This document shows, in pieces, positions 27,473 through 38,991 of a stretch of DNA of 64,000 nt (within the stretch, counting starts at the first letter, position 1; every line of letters begins with the position of its first letter). The position numbers and the translations under genes are program-made. The notes under the pieces were generated by a model. The model saw only the letters and a program-made list of their open reading frames with translations. It was not told the origin of the DNA and did no database searches. Source of the DNA: Octopus vulgaris (Eukaryota); assembly GCA_951406725.2 (NCBI GenBank), contig OX597824.1:3348001-3412000 (forward strand). The letters run 5' to 3'.

Positions 27473-29612
27473 CATACATACATACATACATACATACATA
27501 CATACATACATACATACATACAATACATACATACATACATACATACATACATACATACATACATACATACATACATACATACATACATACATACATACAT
27601 ACATACATACATACATACATACATACATACATACATACATACATACGTACATACATACATACATATATATATACATACATATGCAGTTTGTCAACGAGAG
27701 GCAGAGAACACTCCGTATATAAAATACATTGTTTAGTTAAGCTGATTTCTTGTGATCAACATTCCAGTCTCAAGCCACTGCGATCATCAGGAGAACCAGA
27801 TCCCTCAGTACTTCGAGACTGGTTTTAAGTACTTTGAAGTGGATTTCTTCTCTTGTGCTTCGGTATCGTTTTCTTTGACCTAATTTTATGTTTTTTAAGC
27901 AGTGTCTGTGGTTGCCGTCGCTTCCTTTCCCACTTCGTAACCTTTTTGGCTTCGCTATTCTGAGTTTTCGTTCGCTTTCAATCTACGTCTCGTTTCATCA
28001 GAGTCGTATAATTCGCTTTTCATAAGCAAATTTGATAGTTGTCTTCGTTGTGCTTGCTGATTTCGTAATCATATCCCATCCTCTAGAATTATTTATCTGC
28101 ACATCGCTTTTCATGGGCATATTCAGTGACTCTTTCGTTTCCATTTGATGATCTCGTAATTATAAATTATTTTAGAAAATATTTAATTTGATTATCACTC
28201 TTTATTGATCATTTCAATAGTTGTTCTATTAATACCTGCTGACTGTATCATCATATCCTGTTTACTAAAAATACTGTCCCTTACATTAACATGACCTGTT
28301 TTTTCTAAAGTTGCTATTATGTGTACTATGTGTTCAAAGCGGTGCCCCATCATGGCCGCAGTCTATCGAGGCATAAAATATTTGTCATAAACTGTGCGAG
28401 GAGGTGGGTATTGTATTTTGTAAATAATAGCTCTTGATTGAAATTTTGCAGGTTAATTACTTTAGTTACTTAGTTACCTTCTTTTGTCGCTCCTCAGTTG
28501 GTGATATTACCGGGAATCCACAAGTTTTTCTGTCGATTTTTACCTTCGATTATTTATCGCGTTTTCAAATCTACCCAGTTTTTGAAAATAAATCTATTCT
28601 GGTGTCTGCAACGTTTTTATTGGCTCATTTGTTCTATTCAGCAAGAATAATTACCACATAATTATGTTGCATTTTTCTGTGTACACATGGGTGTGTTACA
28701 GAACAATTTATTGTGATATTGTCTATTATTGCTCCGATTATATTCATATTTTCTCCTCTAAGTCCAAAATGTGCTTCGAGTGACACGCTGCGTTCGTTTC
28801 ATCAATTCTATGGAGCGAGTGAATGGGTTGTGTGTATCTAACTTTAAACGTCCTGCTTGTGGTTTCAATGTAGATTTTGTTGGTTTTTCTCCTTCTCGTG
28901 CAACACTGTCGCTTTATAGATTACTTAAGTTCAACTGATAGATAATCCAGTAATTTGCACAAATCTTCTCTATTAAAATAGTGTTGTATACTCATTGAAT
29001 ATTAGCTAATAACTCATTTTTTCTATTCTGATAATTAAGCAAAATGTATATAATTTCATATTTTGTTGAATTTACTTGTATTTGCCTGTAACTAGATTTA
29101 CTTAGAGACAAAGTTTATGCAATAGATTTGCTCAAGAACCTTTTGTTAGATTGTGTTCCAAAAATTACATTTATTTGTTGATAAATAAAAATGTTTTATG
29201 AAACCATTCTAAATTCATGATTAGTTTAGAATTTAATTGAAACATATAAGGGCTGTATTTTGGTTAGAAATATAGTAATGAAAGAGTTAATACAATTATT
29301 TTGATCTATTTCAACTGTATCTATTCTTTGGTCTGCGCTGATTTATGCTCCTGAAACTCCTTCTTTTGTTTCAGCTTACATAATCCTTTCTAAATACGTT
29401 TTTCTCACAATTGCATCCCTTTATAATTCATAATTACATAAATTGGTAAAGCTCTCCTCAAATCACTAGAGTACATTATCTTACCAACACTGATGATTTA
29501 AGGGGTTTGAAAAGAAAGTAGATATACCATACTGGTTAGACTAATGGGTTTTTGGTGGAGTTACAACTTAAGAGGAAATGAGACTGAGTTATTAGCTGTG
29601 AAAAACGATATC

Positions 29613-29697
<85 letters not shown>

Positions 29698-30384
29698 CAG
29701 AAAGATTTTCTCACGTGTTTCAACAGCTCACGAGTCATGTTCAGAACCCATGGTTTGTCTTTGCCAAAGCTTTTATAACCGTGAATAATAAATTTGGTCG
29801 GATTTGTTGCCGAAAAGTTACTGAGGTGTAAGAGGCTGTCATTGTGAGTCTCCAATTCATCACCAGTTAATGGATTCGATCTGCAAAAAAATAATATATT
29901 ATTAAAGTTAATGTGAAAACAATGATTGAATGATTTTATAAGTGGTTCAAATCGAAGTAGTCGAGACGAAAGATAATAAAACACTGGACTAATTAAAGGT
30001 GGTTGAAGGTATAACCATAAATACGAGCTGGTATCGATCTCAGAAACTCTATTTCTAAGCCATTGCAGAAACTACATGAAGTGATTAAATGAATGAAAGC
30101 ATCAGACATTCTACGGACCATCGGAACAGAATTCAAGTAAATCGGAAATAGTGCAACGACCAAAGTAAAGAATCGATTTGGAGATTTTAATTTTAAAACA
30201 AGTAAAAATGATTTATTAAAAAGCAAAATGATAATGGTTAACCTTGTATAGAGGAAGAACTGGGTTCCGATTTCTTCTGGTTTGTTCGGTAAGAGGTTGA
30301 TTGGACGTTCGAGCGAAACGAATTCTCCCTCGTTTGAAAAGCATCCAAGTTCACCGAAACAAACTTCTGAATCGAATATCGATC
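10287..30384 (-). CDS. Pancreatic lipase-related protein (lipase + PLAT domain), multi-exon gene span; 5' ATG exon not identified
   Basis: Eight exons (30243-30384, 29715-29880, 25652-25880, 23577-23831, 19414-19644, 17806-17911, 13602-13784, 10287-10365) join in frame with matching intron phases and GT-AG ends. Motifs: [36 protein letters not shown] (Ser), [11 protein letters not shown] (Asp), [36 protein letters not shown] (His), terminal FC...C. Confidence 0.95.
12300..13030 (-). mobile_element. Rearranged R4/Dong-type LINE fragments (zinc knuckle and RT C-terminal region) between (TAA)n/(ATG)n tracts
   Basis: [44 protein letters not shown] is a degenerate CCHC knuckle region of RLE LINEs. 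Confidence 0.7.
13602..13784 (-). CDS. Lipase PLAT-domain exon ([31 protein letters not shown]...IFQGESEE)
   Basis: tttcttttag| acceptor and AA|gtgagt donor; phase 2 to phase 2; open frame; DVGxL motif. Confidence 0.85.
14690..14938. repeat. 21-bp minisatellite (gatcaatcataactgttgtgt), about 12 copies
   Basis: Tandem units with a recurrent tgtagtat variant. Confidence 0.95.
16530..16915 (-). mobile_element. R4/Dong-type LINE 3' fragment (RLE)
   Basis: [33 protein letters not shown]...[10 protein letters not shown]; bounded by (TAA)n/(ATG)n. Confidence 0.8.
16960..17280 (-). mobile_element. Second R4/Dong-type LINE 3' fragment
   Basis: [15 protein letters not shown]...[21 protein letters not shown]; bounded by (TAA)n. 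Confidence 0.8.
17806..17911 (-). CDS. Lipase PLAT-domain exon ([35 protein letters not shown])
   Basis: ttacttcag| acceptor and GA|gtaatt donor; phase 1 to phase 2; YxY...VTLxGxxGxS pattern of the PLAT domain; translated by hand. Confidence 0.85.
18181..18465 (+). mobile_element. tRNA-derived SINE (family C)
   Basis: tggcccagttgttagg A-box and gtttcgattccc B-box; inverted homolog at 49630-49905. Confidence 0.75.
19414..19644 (-). CDS. Lipase coding exon with catalytic His ([17 protein letters not shown]...QPYC)
   Basis: ttttcag| acceptor and G|gtaagt donor; phase 1 to phase 1; CSHxRS motif. Confidence 0.93.
19748..20275 (-). mobile_element. RTE 3' UTR copy with 4 internal ~60-bp subrepeats
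   Basis: Homologous to 60364-60930. Confidence 0.8.
20395..21011 (+). mobile_element. Internally deleted Tc1/mariner-superfamily maT (DD37D) transposon
   Basis: TA|cagggtgttcgggataaatttgac with an imperfect inverted copy at about 20986-21011; QKDSAP...[13 protein letters not shown] with 37 residues between the Asp residues. Confidence 0.8.
21252..21390. repeat. 63-bp inverted repeat (hairpin/MITE), 13-nt loop, 2 mismatches
   Basis: Arms 21252-21314 and 21328-21390 are reverse complements. Confidence 0.9.
22485..23240 (+). mobile_element. CR1/L2-type LINE reverse transcriptase fragment
   Basis: [17 protein letters not shown]...FADDPKL and [12 protein letters not shown]; frameshifted; antisense within a lipase intron. 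Confidence 0.85.
23577..23831 (-). CDS. Lipase coding exon with catalytic Asp and start of lid (GLDPSAPYF...QPGC...KLKP)
   Basis: ctaaaag| acceptor and G|gtaagc donor; phase 1 to phase 1. Confidence 0.95.
25243..25455 (-). mobile_element. Short non-autonomous Penelope-derived repeat with hammerhead motif, between (TA)n tracts
   Basis: Minus strand gttt CTGACGA a gaac tcc gctc GAAAC gtt aaa; paralog of 2597-2785. Confidence 0.6.
25652..25880 (-). CDS. Lipase coding exon with catalytic Ser ([10 protein letters not shown]...[16 protein letters not shown]...RIS)
   Basis: ttctag| acceptor and G|gtaagg donor; phase 0 to phase 1; GHSLG nucleophile elbow. Confidence 0.95.
26264..27680. repeat. About 1.4 kb (CATA)n microsatellite
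   Basis: Seen directly. Confidence 0.95.
28700..28960 (-). mobile_element. Degenerate GIY-YIG endonuclease relic of a Penelope-like element
   Basis: Minus strand VIYKATV... then, after a frameshift, [15 protein letters not shown]. Confidence 0.45.
29715..29880 (-). CDS. Lipase coding exon (SNPLTG...TKFIIHGY...RELLKH)
   Basis: ttttttgcag| acceptor and |gtgaga donor; phase 2 to phase 0; oxyanion-loop FIIHG motif. Confidence 0.92.
30243..30384 (-). CDS. Lipase coding exon ([19 protein letters not shown]...QFFLYTR)
   Basis: cacacag| acceptor and AG|gttaac donor; phase 1 to phase 2; typical N-terminal CF-G-LGCF motif of pancreatic lipases. Confidence 0.9.
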
Positions 30385-30558
30385 CTGTGTGAAATAAATA
30401 AATGTTCAATGCTGTAGTCTGTTTGAAGTCATCTTTACATGAATTACGAATAAATTGAATGGAACAAACCACAGGAACACAATGAGCAAAAAAGTAACAT
30501 GCTGTTGTTGTTGTGGTTCTTGTATACATATAAATATGTGTGTATCTATGCATGTATA

Positions 30559-30605
<47 letters not shown>

Positions 30606-30674
30606 TTGTGTATGTATGTTGTGTGGGTGTTTATGTATGTGTGAGTATATATATATATATGAATATGTATACTC

Positions 30675-30812
30675 TTTACTCTTTTACTTGCTTCAGTCAT
30701 TTGACTATGGCCATGCTGGAGCACCGCCTTTAGTTGAGCAAATCGACCCCAGGACTTATTCTTTGTAAGCTTAGTACTTATTCTATCGGTCTTATTCTAC
30801 ACACACATACAC

Positions 30813-30854
<42 letters not shown>

Positions 30855-31012
30855 GATGAGCTGCTTTCAGTTTCCGTTTACCAAATCCACTCACAAGGCT
30901 TTGGTCGGCCCGAAACTATAGAAGACACTTGCCCAAGATGCCACGCAGGGGACTGAACCCGGAACCATGTGATTCGTAAGCAAGCTACTTACCACACAGC
31001 CACTCCTACGCC
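30675..31012 (-). mobile_element. SINE family B
   Basis: Homologous to 4255-4652. Confidence 0.8.
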
Positions 31013-31462
31013 TAGGAGTGTATATATGTATACATATATATACATACACACACATATATATACATACACACACGCGCACGCGCAAACATACTCATACATG
31101 TATGTATCCAAACTGAGGGAGTGGAACAGGTAAAATGCTCACTACATATGTTTCTTACCTAGCTGACGCTTTTAACGCAATAGTTACGCTACCAGCTATG
31201 CTCCACTAATAATCAAGCTGAGATTACCCAAATGAAATGAACGTGACATTGTTGCTTGGAATTTCTAAGTCAGTTCCACCAGTGGTGAGTTTAAGTGAAC
31301 AGAAAAGCCAGAAGTAAAAAATAAAAATAAAATTTTTCTAAACTCAAGAGAAGCAATGAGTGATAAAGTAAAACGTGAAACACAAAATATGCAAGAGTGG
31401 GGATGGCTTAGAGTTGAGGAGAAGGAAGAGAAAGAGAAGAAAGAATAAAGAATAAAGAGAAA

Positions 31463-31540
<78 letters not shown>

Positions 31541-31902
31541 GTGAGAAAGAGAGAGGGAGGGAGTTGGGGGAATCAATTTATGTCCGCTTTCGATTATCAT
31601 GAGGTAGAAAGGTTTTTTCAGTTTGAGACATTCCCCATTTGGGGCCCCTACCCTCCTACCCCTTTTGGTGCTCCTACGCATCATTTCACTTGATTTCCGC
31701 CAACTACTTTTCACTGTGTACAAGGTACATTTTTTGAAGCACCATTATTAGAGAGGTTGCCCTGTTCATCAGTCCCTCGATTGGACAGTTCTCTGTCGGT
31801 GGGCGGGGGCATCATAGGAAAGGGGAGAAGCTGAATTGTACAGAGGGAATGTACAGAACGGTCAGTGATCTTATGAGTGTGATCTAAGGAGAAAGAGGGA
31901 GT

Positions 31903-31961
<59 letters not shown>

Positions 31962-31965
31962 AAAA

Positions 31966-32001
<36 letters not shown>

Positions 32002-32499
32002 GATGACAGTAGCATTTGTGGAAATGGACGAGAGGAGCATAAGTACCTTTGTTTGGGTGGTGAAAGAGGGAATTGTGGGCAAGAGTAGACTGTCTCGAGA
32101 TTTACGCTAATGAATGGCCGGGAAGTGTAGAAGTATGATATAAGAAGAAGCCAGGTTGTTTGAAGTGTGGTCGAGGGTGGAGGGACTGGCAAGAGTAAAG
32201 GATGACAAAGGTAGATATGAGGGATGAGATCAGATTGGAGCCTGGTTCGCCAGACCTCAGTCAAATCGTCCAACCCATGCTTGCATGGAAAGCAGACATA
32301 AAATGATGATGATGATGATGCTGATGATGTATATATATAAATTAGTGTACATTTAAGCACAAAGAGGTGAGCCTTAAAAGGTCTCCTTACATACTAGAAG
32401 GAACAGTCAAAAAGTCCAAACCACAATTAAAAGCAATTTCGAAGGGAATGAAAAATTAAAACATTTAACATCTAAAAAATTTCTAAAATTTTTTCTTAC

Positions 32500-32625
32500 C
32501 CTGAAATTATTAATTATTGATAATTTTTCTGGCAAATTTTCGAAGTAAGGCCGGCATTATTTTATTTGCTGCCGACAAAAAACTGCACTTGCGCGATGGA
32601 TTTGAAAAATTATAATATATAAGCA
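32500..32625 (-). promoter_or_regulatory. Candidate TATA/Inr promoter and 5' exon upstream of the lipase gene
   Basis: The minus strand reads tatatattata ... gtgcagtt (Inr-like) ... tttcagG|GTAAGA (strong donor at 32499). The ATG inside it meets TAA TAA, so it would be non-coding. Confidence 0.25.
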
Positions 32626-32674
32626 CGGGGCACATGCTGGATTGCCTCGTATTTATATGTTTAATCTAGGCGTA

Positions 32675-32744
32675 CCTGTTGATGAAGACTTCGCCTAGCA
32701 AATTACTTTATTTGCTAATTTAAAGTCAGAAACCATGGTCCAAG
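32675..32744 (+). ncRNA. Degenerate type I hammerhead motif
   Basis: cctg TTGATGA a gact..[tagcaaat/atttgcta]..agtc a GAAAC catg GTC caag; C3 core position mutated. Confidence 0.45.
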
Positions 32745-32890
32745 AAATACATGGTAAATGTTTTTTTTTTATTTTTTTTATTCCCTTCGAAATTTATTCC
32801 TAATAGTGGTTTGAACTTTGGCTATTCCTTCTAGCGTGCCAGGTATCCTATGATTGATACCTCTTATGTGTGTAAATATAAGCTGTGTTT

Positions 32891-32927
<37 letters not shown>

Positions 32928-33042
32928 GTGCGTATGTTTATTTAGCAAAAATTATAGTAAATAAAATGACCAACCCGAAATACAACAATATCTGTTTCAA
33001 TACACGAGTTCACATCAGGAATCTTGCAAAACGAATTGATAA

Positions 33043-33102
<60 letters not shown>

Positions 33103-33654
33103 TCAAACTCATAGTCGGTATTTATGTGTCTGCCTACGTGTTTTTCTAAATACATAAATCATAAATCATGAAAAGTATTGCAAAAGAAACAGATTCAAAT
33201 ACCATCGGTGAGAGCCAGCAGGCAGATGACCGAAACCAGTGTGTACCATTCCATCTCCAAGACAGGTGATGTGCACTACATGATTTATTGGGACATTTCT
33301 ATCTTTTTATATTAGTAAACTCTTATCTGCACTCCTCCCCCTCTTTAGCAATCGTTCTCTCACCCACCCTCTTCCTCTTTCATCTCTCTCTCTCCCTCCC
33401 ACTCTCATATAAGTGTATAAATCTAAATATATATCCACGTGTTCCCCCTCCTCCCTCTTCTCCTATGGTGGGAACTTGTGCTTCGTTAGGTGAACGGGAG
33501 GGTGAGGAGGTGTCAAACAGACGGTGTGTGTGTGTTTTGGACTTGAGAAAAACAATTTAAGAAAACTGTCAAACAACACATACACATATATATACACATA
33601 CAAATACACATGAAGAGAGAGGCTCATGCACACACACACACACACATAATATAC

Positions 33655-33688
<34 letters not shown>

Positions 33689-33817
33689 TATATATCTAAA
33701 CATATACATACACGCGCACACACACACATTATCATCATCATCATCATTTAACGTCCGCTTTCCATACTAGCATGGGTTGGACGATTTGAATGAGGTCAAA
33801 TACTATATTATATAATA

Positions 33818-34733
33818 CTAGCAGTATCGCCCGGCGTTGCTCGGGTTTGTAAGGGAAATAACTATAAAGCATTTTTAGAGAGTTATAGCCAAAAAATAGC
33901 AAAAAAATGCACTAAAAATGGAAAAAAAATTATAGTAAATTTTTTTTTAATCGTTGACCCATCGTAGACATTTTTAGAGAGTTACTTCCCTTATATAATA
34001 GCAAAAAAATGCATTAAAATGGAAAAAAATGATGGTAAATTATTTTTTAAAAATCGTAGACTCATCGTAGACGCGCGCTAATACCCAGAAGGGCTCGATA
34101 TGAATCACGACTATAAGATACCCGGTTTTGGTGAAACTGCACCGCAAAATGTGGGAGTAGTTAGGAATCTAAATCGTAGGAGACAGACACACAACTTCCC
34201 TTTTATATATAAAGATTTGTGCAACAACTAAAACATTCGGTTGTGCAAATTGTTTGCACAGGAAACCTGCTCTCTGTGGAGGTTTTTGCCGTTTTGTGGA
34301 TCTGTTTCAGCTTTTTTAGCGATTTCAGTTTTGGCGACTTCAAGCCATGAAGTCGTTGTTCTAAAAGAACGCTGGTCTCCTTGACAACGCTTTACGACGT
34401 TGATTTCCTTACACTCCCTTCCCCACAGCTTCACGAGGGAGAGAAGAAGGGGGAGAAGCAACACAGGTGCAGGTGTGAGCATGGACGCCAACTCCGCCGC
34501 CATCGACACGCGAAAAAATATGCGTTAAAATGGAAAAAAATATGGTAAACTATTTTTAAAATCGTAGACTAATCGTAGACGCGCGCTAATACCCAGACGG
34601 GCTCGATATGAATCACGACTATAAGATACCCGAATTTGGTTAGGGTTAAACTGCACCGCAAAATGTGGGAGTAGTTAGGAATCTAAATCGTAGGAGACAG
34701 ACACTCACACAACTTCACTTTTATATATATAGA
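33818..34733 (-). mobile_element. Non-autonomous Helitron with duplicated 5' end
   Basis: 3' end cccgagcaacgccggg hairpin then CTAG|T at 33818; two A|TC 5' ends at 34215 and 34733; about 210 bp duplicated (34010-34215 vs 34525-34733). Confidence 0.8.
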
Positions 34734-34944
34734 TATATATAGATATATATTGCTTTTCTAAATCTCTCAGAGGGAGTTATGCCGTAACAGCACGATAAAG
34801 TGATTGCTTGTTGCCAACTTAATGTGGCAGCCACAGGAAAGGGAAGAATGTTACCGTTATTTAGCCCAATAAACACTGTTTCTAGTTGGCTACGCGACAT
34901 TCTGTGTCCTTAAGTTTTCAAACAGGGGAGATAAGCATGTATTG

Positions 34945-35154
34945 TACGTATGTATGTATGTATGTATGTATGTATGTATGTATGTATGTATGTATGTATG
35001 TATGTGTGTATGCATGTATGTATGTATGTATGTATGTATGAATGTATGTATGTATGTATGTATGTATGTATGCATGTATGCATGTATGTATGTATGTGTG
35101 TATGCATGTATGTATGTATGTATGTATGTATGTATGTATGTATGTATGTATGTA

Positions 35155-35189
<35 letters not shown>

Positions 35190-35210
35190 ATGTATGTATG
35201 TATGTATGTA
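34945..35210. repeat. (TATG)n microsatellite
   Basis: Seen directly. Confidence 0.95.
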
Positions 35211-35773
35211 TATCGAGGTTATTTTCGAGATTCAAGTTTAGATAGTAGACTTTAAAATGTCGTATCCAAGCCCAGTCTTGAGTGTGTCCCTAGTAGTGTG
35301 CCTTGAGAGCACGTTTACCACTTACGGTTATCAGGCGTCATCCACGATACGGCACTTCAGTTGCCGATCGACGTAAGGAATTCCTCGGTGTACGTTTAGT
35401 ATATTTTGAATGATTGGTAGCGGAGACAGAGTGTACCGGAAGCCTTTATTTAGCACGACGACCGTTTCGGCTTACATCTCTCATACTTTAGTCTTCCAGC
35501 ATCTGACATAAAGCTACCCACCTCATCTTTCCCTCTCAAATACTCCCCTCGTATTAGTGGGAGCTTTTCTTTTTATTTTTTCCCTGTTCTGTTCTTGTCT
35601 TGCCAGTTACACGGCAACCTCACTGGTGCCGGCGACACGAAAATAAACACGCAGGGCACTCGATAAAGTGGTTGGCATTAGGAGAGGCATCCAGCCGCAG
35701 AAACCATGACAAAGCCATCGATGGTGCTCGAAGCAGCCTTGCGGTTCGCCGGATCCAGTTCTACCGTATAACC

Positions 35774-35940
35774 CAGGGTTCCCAACTTTTGTTATGCCCG
35801 CACCCTTAAAGACTTATATATATATTCTTGCACTCATTAAAGTCATAAGTTATATAAGCAACTGCCCTTTTTGGCTCCCTATAAATCCAGCCTTGCTCGC
35901 ATCCCTTGGGGGTACGAGCACCCCTGGTTGGGAAACTCTG
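35774..35940. mobile_element. hAT (Charlie-like) MITE nested in an RTE 3' UTR copy
   Basis: cagggttcccaac...gttgggaaactctg termini; 8-bp TSD gtataacc/gtctaacc. Confidence 0.75.
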
Positions 35941-35975
35941 GTCTAACCGAAACCAGCATGGAAAGCAGACGTCAA

Positions 35976-35988
35976 ATGATGATGATAG

Positions 35989-36035
<47 letters not shown>

Positions 36036-36099
36036 GTGATGGTGATGGTGATGGTGGTGGTGGTGGTGGTGGTGGTGGTGGTGGTGGTGGTGGTGGCGG

Positions 36100-36130
<31 letters not shown>

Positions 36131-36211
36131 GATGGTGAAGATGATGATGATGATATAACATATCTAATATATATATATATATACATAAATGTGCGTATGT
36201 ATGTATGTATG

Positions 36212-36275
<64 letters not shown>

Positions 36276-36618
36276 TGTATGTATGTATGTATGTGTGTAT
36301 GTATGTATGTATGTGTGTATGTATGTATGTATGTATGTATGTATGTATGTATGTATGTGTGTATGTATGTATGTATGTATGTATGTATGTGTGTATGTAT
36401 GTATGTATGTATGTATGTATGTGTGTATGTATGTATGTATGTGTGTATGTATGTATGTATGTATGTATGTATGTATGTGTATGTATGTATGTATGTATGT
36501 ATGTATGTATGTATGTGTGTATGTATGTATGTATGTATGTATGTGTATGTATGTATGTATGTATGTATGTATGTATGTATGTATGTATGTATGTATGTAT
36601 GTATGTATGTATGTATGT
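35976..36618. repeat. (GAT)n/(GGT)n followed by (TATG)n microsatellites
   Basis: Seen directly. Confidence 0.95.
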
Positions 36619-38460
36619 GCCAAGCATAGATACAGCAGGCATAGATTATGTGTGAGAAAGACAGCGGATGAGAGAATGTTGTTCAGCTTGAGAAAGAAAC
36701 CGGTTGCTTTACAAAATACAAAGAAAATATCTCCAACTGATAAAGAACGCCAGGCCAAGTCACTCGCTAATTTATATATCTGATTGGGGATATATTCTTT
36801 GATTTGTTATTGTTGTTGTTGTTGTTATTGTTGTCTTCTTCTTCTTCCAATCAGGACTCACGCCATTAGCCACGAAGAATAATCTCTAATTCCCCAACTT
36901 GAAGATCCACCCACCACACGCGATAGACTGGCGGTTGCACGGGCGCGAAAGCTACGTTGTTATCCTCATCCCGTAAACGGTGGCTTTTAACGGGTGGAGA
37001 GCTGAACCACCCTGGGGTACAGAGGATTCGCAATCTAGACTAGGGTCTGAAAGTTTGCCATTATTTCACTAGCGCTTTATTTTATCAACATCGGAAGATT
37101 AGAAAACAAAGCTAACCCTACCGGGATTTAAAATTAGAACGCAAAGTCATACCACTATTCACCATCATCAAACTCGAGTACTTTTATTTTCTAAATTAGA
37201 CACAAGACCTGCAATTTTGAGCGAAATTAAGCTGGTTGATATTGACTGCTACTTTATTTTATCGACACCGAAAGAATGAAAGGTCGAGTTGAACTTAGTG
37301 GGTTTTGAACTCAGAAACGATCCTTTCCGTTTGGCTCACATAGGAACAAGATTATGTGAAGTACGAGAAAAGGCCTGCTTATAGGGAATTCTGGAAGTTA
37401 ATTTTCGGATCTTTTCGCTTTGACCGACAGATTTTAAAAATAATTTCTTTGTAACTAAACACTTTTAAACTTCGTATACTGGTAGAATGTGTTACATAAA
37501 ACATCTTTTTCTCTTGGCTTTATTGAGAAAATTCTGTAGTTTGTAAGCTATTTGTTCTTTAATTTCTTGCATTTCGGCAATTTCAACCAATCAATGACAT
37601 CTATTGAGGTGTAATTTTCTTCTATCGTTGGATGGGCGAGGAGCAAATCTGATTTTCGGAGATTTGAACTCAGAACGTAAAAGGTTATGTTAGAAAATAT
37701 TCGGTGAATCATCTAGTTCGGCGCTCTACCGACCCTGATGCTACCCACCCCTCTCTTCATCGCTTTATTATCAGCCCACATTACAGTGAGAGATCGCGGA
37801 CTAGATTTACAATTATAATCATTGTTGCCATCAGAGACATTAATTAGCAAAACGTGGTCACTGAACGAGGGCTGATAAAGGATGACGTAGTTGTCTCCCT
37901 TCGTCTGTAAGATGCGTAAAAATAAAATCAGAAAATGTCTTGTGAAAGACGAATGCAGACGGCTCTGAACAGTGCTTTTGACAAATTGCACCAAATTTGA
38001 GTAATTCTATTAAATTTTACAAATCTTATTGACTTTTGGTACACAATTAGTTATCTTTGAATTTAGTATTTGACCCTAGAATATTTTAGTCTAACTTAAG
38101 TTACCTCCCTTCATACAACTCACTTCTGAAACAGAAAATATTTTGGGTTTGGTTTCAATGAAGAAAGAATTGGTAAAGAAATGGTTACAGCGAAGGATAA
38201 AATCGCTTGTGGCATTTGTTTCGCTGTTTTGCCTTCTGAGTACCAAACGTCCACATTTATACTAATCGTGTCCTGAAGGTGTTGTTGGATAACTACATCA
38301 CAGGTTTTTTTTTTTTTTTTTTGGGGAAATGAAAGAAATTACTTGTCTGACAATAACATTTATTTTCAACCATCACATGACATCACATGACATCCAGAGG
38401 CACAAACACACTCACAATATATATATATTATTCTTATAATATATATATATATATATATAT

Positions 38461-38830
38461 ATAATCAAAATAAGCAACAAGGATATCCAAGGTTGTGTAG
38501 TACAATTGTTTCATGCTACTTCATTTTATTAAACACTGTAAGTATTGCATCAGTTTTAAAATGTCGAGCAATCTTCAGCCACATATAGAATTTTATAATT
38601 AAACGGACAATGCATATTTTTATCTCTATTTCATTTGCCAACATTACGAAGAGGGTAGATATATAGACAGAGAGGTTAATTTCATCATTAAGAACATGGT
38701 GGTAGTGTGTTCTTCTCCATCTGTAGATTTTTTATCACTGATGTAATACTTACAGTGTTTAATAAAATGAAGTAGCATGAAACGATTGTACTACACAACC
38801 TTGGATATCCTTGTTGCTTATTTTGATTAT
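38461..38830. mobile_element. Foldback element with 94-bp inverted arms, between (TA)n tracts
   Basis: 38461-38554 is the reverse complement of 38737-38830 with 2 mismatches. Confidence 0.8.
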
Positions 38831-38953
38831 AATCACCCCATTTGATTTATATGGAAAATACCATACAAAATTCTGGTGCCTTTAACTTAAGTACCATATT
38901 CATCTGAATCTAAATTTTGCTGAACTTACATATATTAATATGTATATATATGT

Positions 38954-38991
<38 letters not shown>

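Noticed and set aside
26264-27736. Long YIHT/MYVC ORFs (also at 35-36.8 kb and 53-54 kb)
   Set aside because: (CATA)n tetranucleotide repeats lack stop codons in any frame.
31159-31250. Candidate lipase first exon (ATG at about 31249, donor GCTAG|GTAAGA)
   Set aside because: Stop codons in all frames compatible with the downstream phase-1 exon.
35445-35510. Hammerhead-like GAAAC-ggtc-GTC on the minus strand
   Set aside because: The CUGANGA box is incomplete; too degenerate to call.
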